64,000 nt of DNA from Eledone cirrhosa (Eukaryota). Position 1 is the stretch's first letter. The number at the start of each line of letters is the position of its first letter. The DNA lies in the NCBI GenBank assembly GCA_964016885.1, contig OZ024740.1, positions 357,740,001 to 357,804,000 of the forward strand. The letters are read 5' to 3'. The notes beneath the pieces were generated by a model that did no database searches, had not been told where the DNA came from, and saw only the letters and a list, made by a program, of their open reading frames with translations. The position numbers and the translations under genes were made by a program. Of this stretch, positions 62,166 through 64,000 are shown piece after piece.

Positions 62166-62834
62166 GTAAGCCCTTATATATATTTGTTGTTCTACTTTTG
62201 TTCTTCACTCAGTAAGAACTGTTTGTAGTAGAAGTTTAGAAAAGATGTATTAGCATATTGATATAATATAACATAGTGTTTGAACAGAAGAATAAAAAGT
62301 GTTGTTCTGCAGAAAGATCAAATTAGAAAATGTACATAATCAATTCAGAGTCGTTTGGGCATCAGATTGAAAATTCTTAGCATTCTTTCCAGCTTTCTGT
62401 GTTCTAAGTTCAAATTCCATTGATTACCTGGGAATGAATAATTACAATTATCACTAATTGTGGACCTGAAAAGTCCGTCATTCTTTTACTGTCATTCTCA
62501 TACTGCTACTGGTTTCAGTTTTTTCAGTGTAACCATGATGGGACATCACAACTAAATAAGAGTAATTTTTTTTCCTTGGTATAAAGGGACTTAACTTACA
62601 CATAATAACCATGACAAAGGAATTTTCATTCTATTTATCTGCAATGAATCATAAGCAATCTCTTACCAATATAAGCACGCATAACCACACCGATATCCAA
62701 CGCGCTTCAGTACCGTTTTCATCTATGAAATTTCACTTACATATCAACTTGAGACTATAGTAGGGTTGGATCTTGAAGTAGGGTTGGATCTTGAACTACT
62801 TGGTTGAAAAGCAAACCTCTTCGCCATTCCTACA

Positions 62835-63127
62835 TCTGATGCTATGCTTTGTAGCAAAGAGTTACGGCCCTTTATGGTCTGAGTTCAAATCCCGCCGAGG
62901 TTAACTTTGCCTTTCATCCTTACAGGGTCGATAAAGTACCAGTAATACACTGGGATAATTGCTGTCCTTGTGCCAAAAGGAGAAACAATTATTTATCATA
63001 AACAGGATAAATAAGGATGAAAGGCAAGGTTAACTTTGCCTCTCATCCTTACAGGGTCGATAAAATATAGCTCCAGTAATGCACTGGGATAATTGCTGAC
63101 CTTGTGCCAAAAGAAGAAACAATTATT
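62835..63127 (+). mobile_element. SINE family 1 with a duplicated 3' half and short inverted junction
   Basis: B-box at ~62881; the central block and tail occur twice; AAGGATGAAAGGCAAGGTTAACTTTGCCTCTCATCCTT palindrome at ~63013-63050. Confidence 0.8.
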
Positions 63128-64000
63128 TATCATAAACATTGATTATTTCTAAAGCATGATCTCTTATCCATAAACCCTTTCATCACTGCATTTCTAATGA
63201 AATACACTGCCAGTGTGTTTCAGTTAATTTTGAAAATAATCAAATATTTGGAGGAATTTAATAAAATAACTAAGTTTTTCATAAATAAACTGATATTTAT
63301 AACATTGCTTAACATACATTTTTAAAATAAAATTATGATAAAAGGTTTTAATAAAAGGCTAAACATTTCAAAATAACCAGTTTTGTATCATAAATCCAGG
63401 GCAGTTTCAGAAGGTTTGCTTTCAAAAGGATAATCGGAGATTTGACTGTACAACTTATAGTTTAACATTGTCAGTACACAAGGGTAGGCCTTTTGTAGAC
63501 CAAAACATTCTGGTTGTATCATGCTTCTCCATTTTTTTTTCATCTTGTACCAAGAAATCCTTACTTTTGTGATCATTTCAGACTACTGTTGGGATTGGAC
63601 TAGTATTTGTTTTTAGTTTGTTTTTTAGTACATTTCTGGTGGATTACAAGTTCCAACCACCCAGAAATTGAGCTTCCTTTCTGGCCATTCACCCTAACAA
63701 TATGAAGTGGAAGTAAAAAAACAAAACCTCAATTATTCTAGCAATATATAATTTTAAAAATAAGATATGTGTAAAAAATTAAAGACCAGTAATAATCTAA
63801 AAAAAAACATGCATCTATATATAAATTTGAACGACTTCCATCTGTCTGTCCATCAACAATGTGTGTGTAAAAGGAAGGAAGGGGATGGTGAAAAAACTAT
63901 AGCAAAACAGCAGCTGGCGTTCCATTTGCTATGCTGTGTGAGTATGTGTGTGTTTGTGTAAATGTATGTGTGTTTGTGTGAATGTATGTGTATTTGTGTG

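Noticed and set aside
62166-64000. Further kinase exon (expected xELA...FPY)
   Set aside because: No matching frame or splice sites found; the next exon is presumably beyond the window

Overview
AT-rich eukaryotic (animal) genomic DNA, not prokaryotic. The SINE families, (TA)n/(GAT)n/(TATG)n microsatellites and RTE LINE load suggest an octopod cephalopod; this is inferred from recalled repeat motifs, not a search. The only host gene I can support is a + strand MAP kinase kinase of the MKK3/MKK6 (licorne) type. It has five confident coding exons (45898-62165), one likely micro-exon (36562-36607) and one tentative start exon (27474-27492); its 3' exons lie beyond the window. The rest is mobile DNA. 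It includes many RTE-clade LINE copies whose ORF carries a C4HC3 PHD finger inside the RT region, and a nearly intact Penelope-like element (RT + GIY-YIG) with ~680-bp pseudo-LTRs. There are also decayed Hero-like and R4/Dong-like elements, two tRNA-SINE families, TTAA/mariner/hAT-type MITEs, and several foldback elements in (TA)n tracts. The most interesting signals are the minimal hammerhead ribozyme motifs (one canonical, one inside a foldback, an atypical-core pair in the Penelope pLTRs), the PHD-in-RT LINE, a ~200-bp target-site-like duplication, and an interleaved (pseudoknot-topology) double inverted repeat. All coordinates were counted by hand; ends of decayed repeats are approximate.
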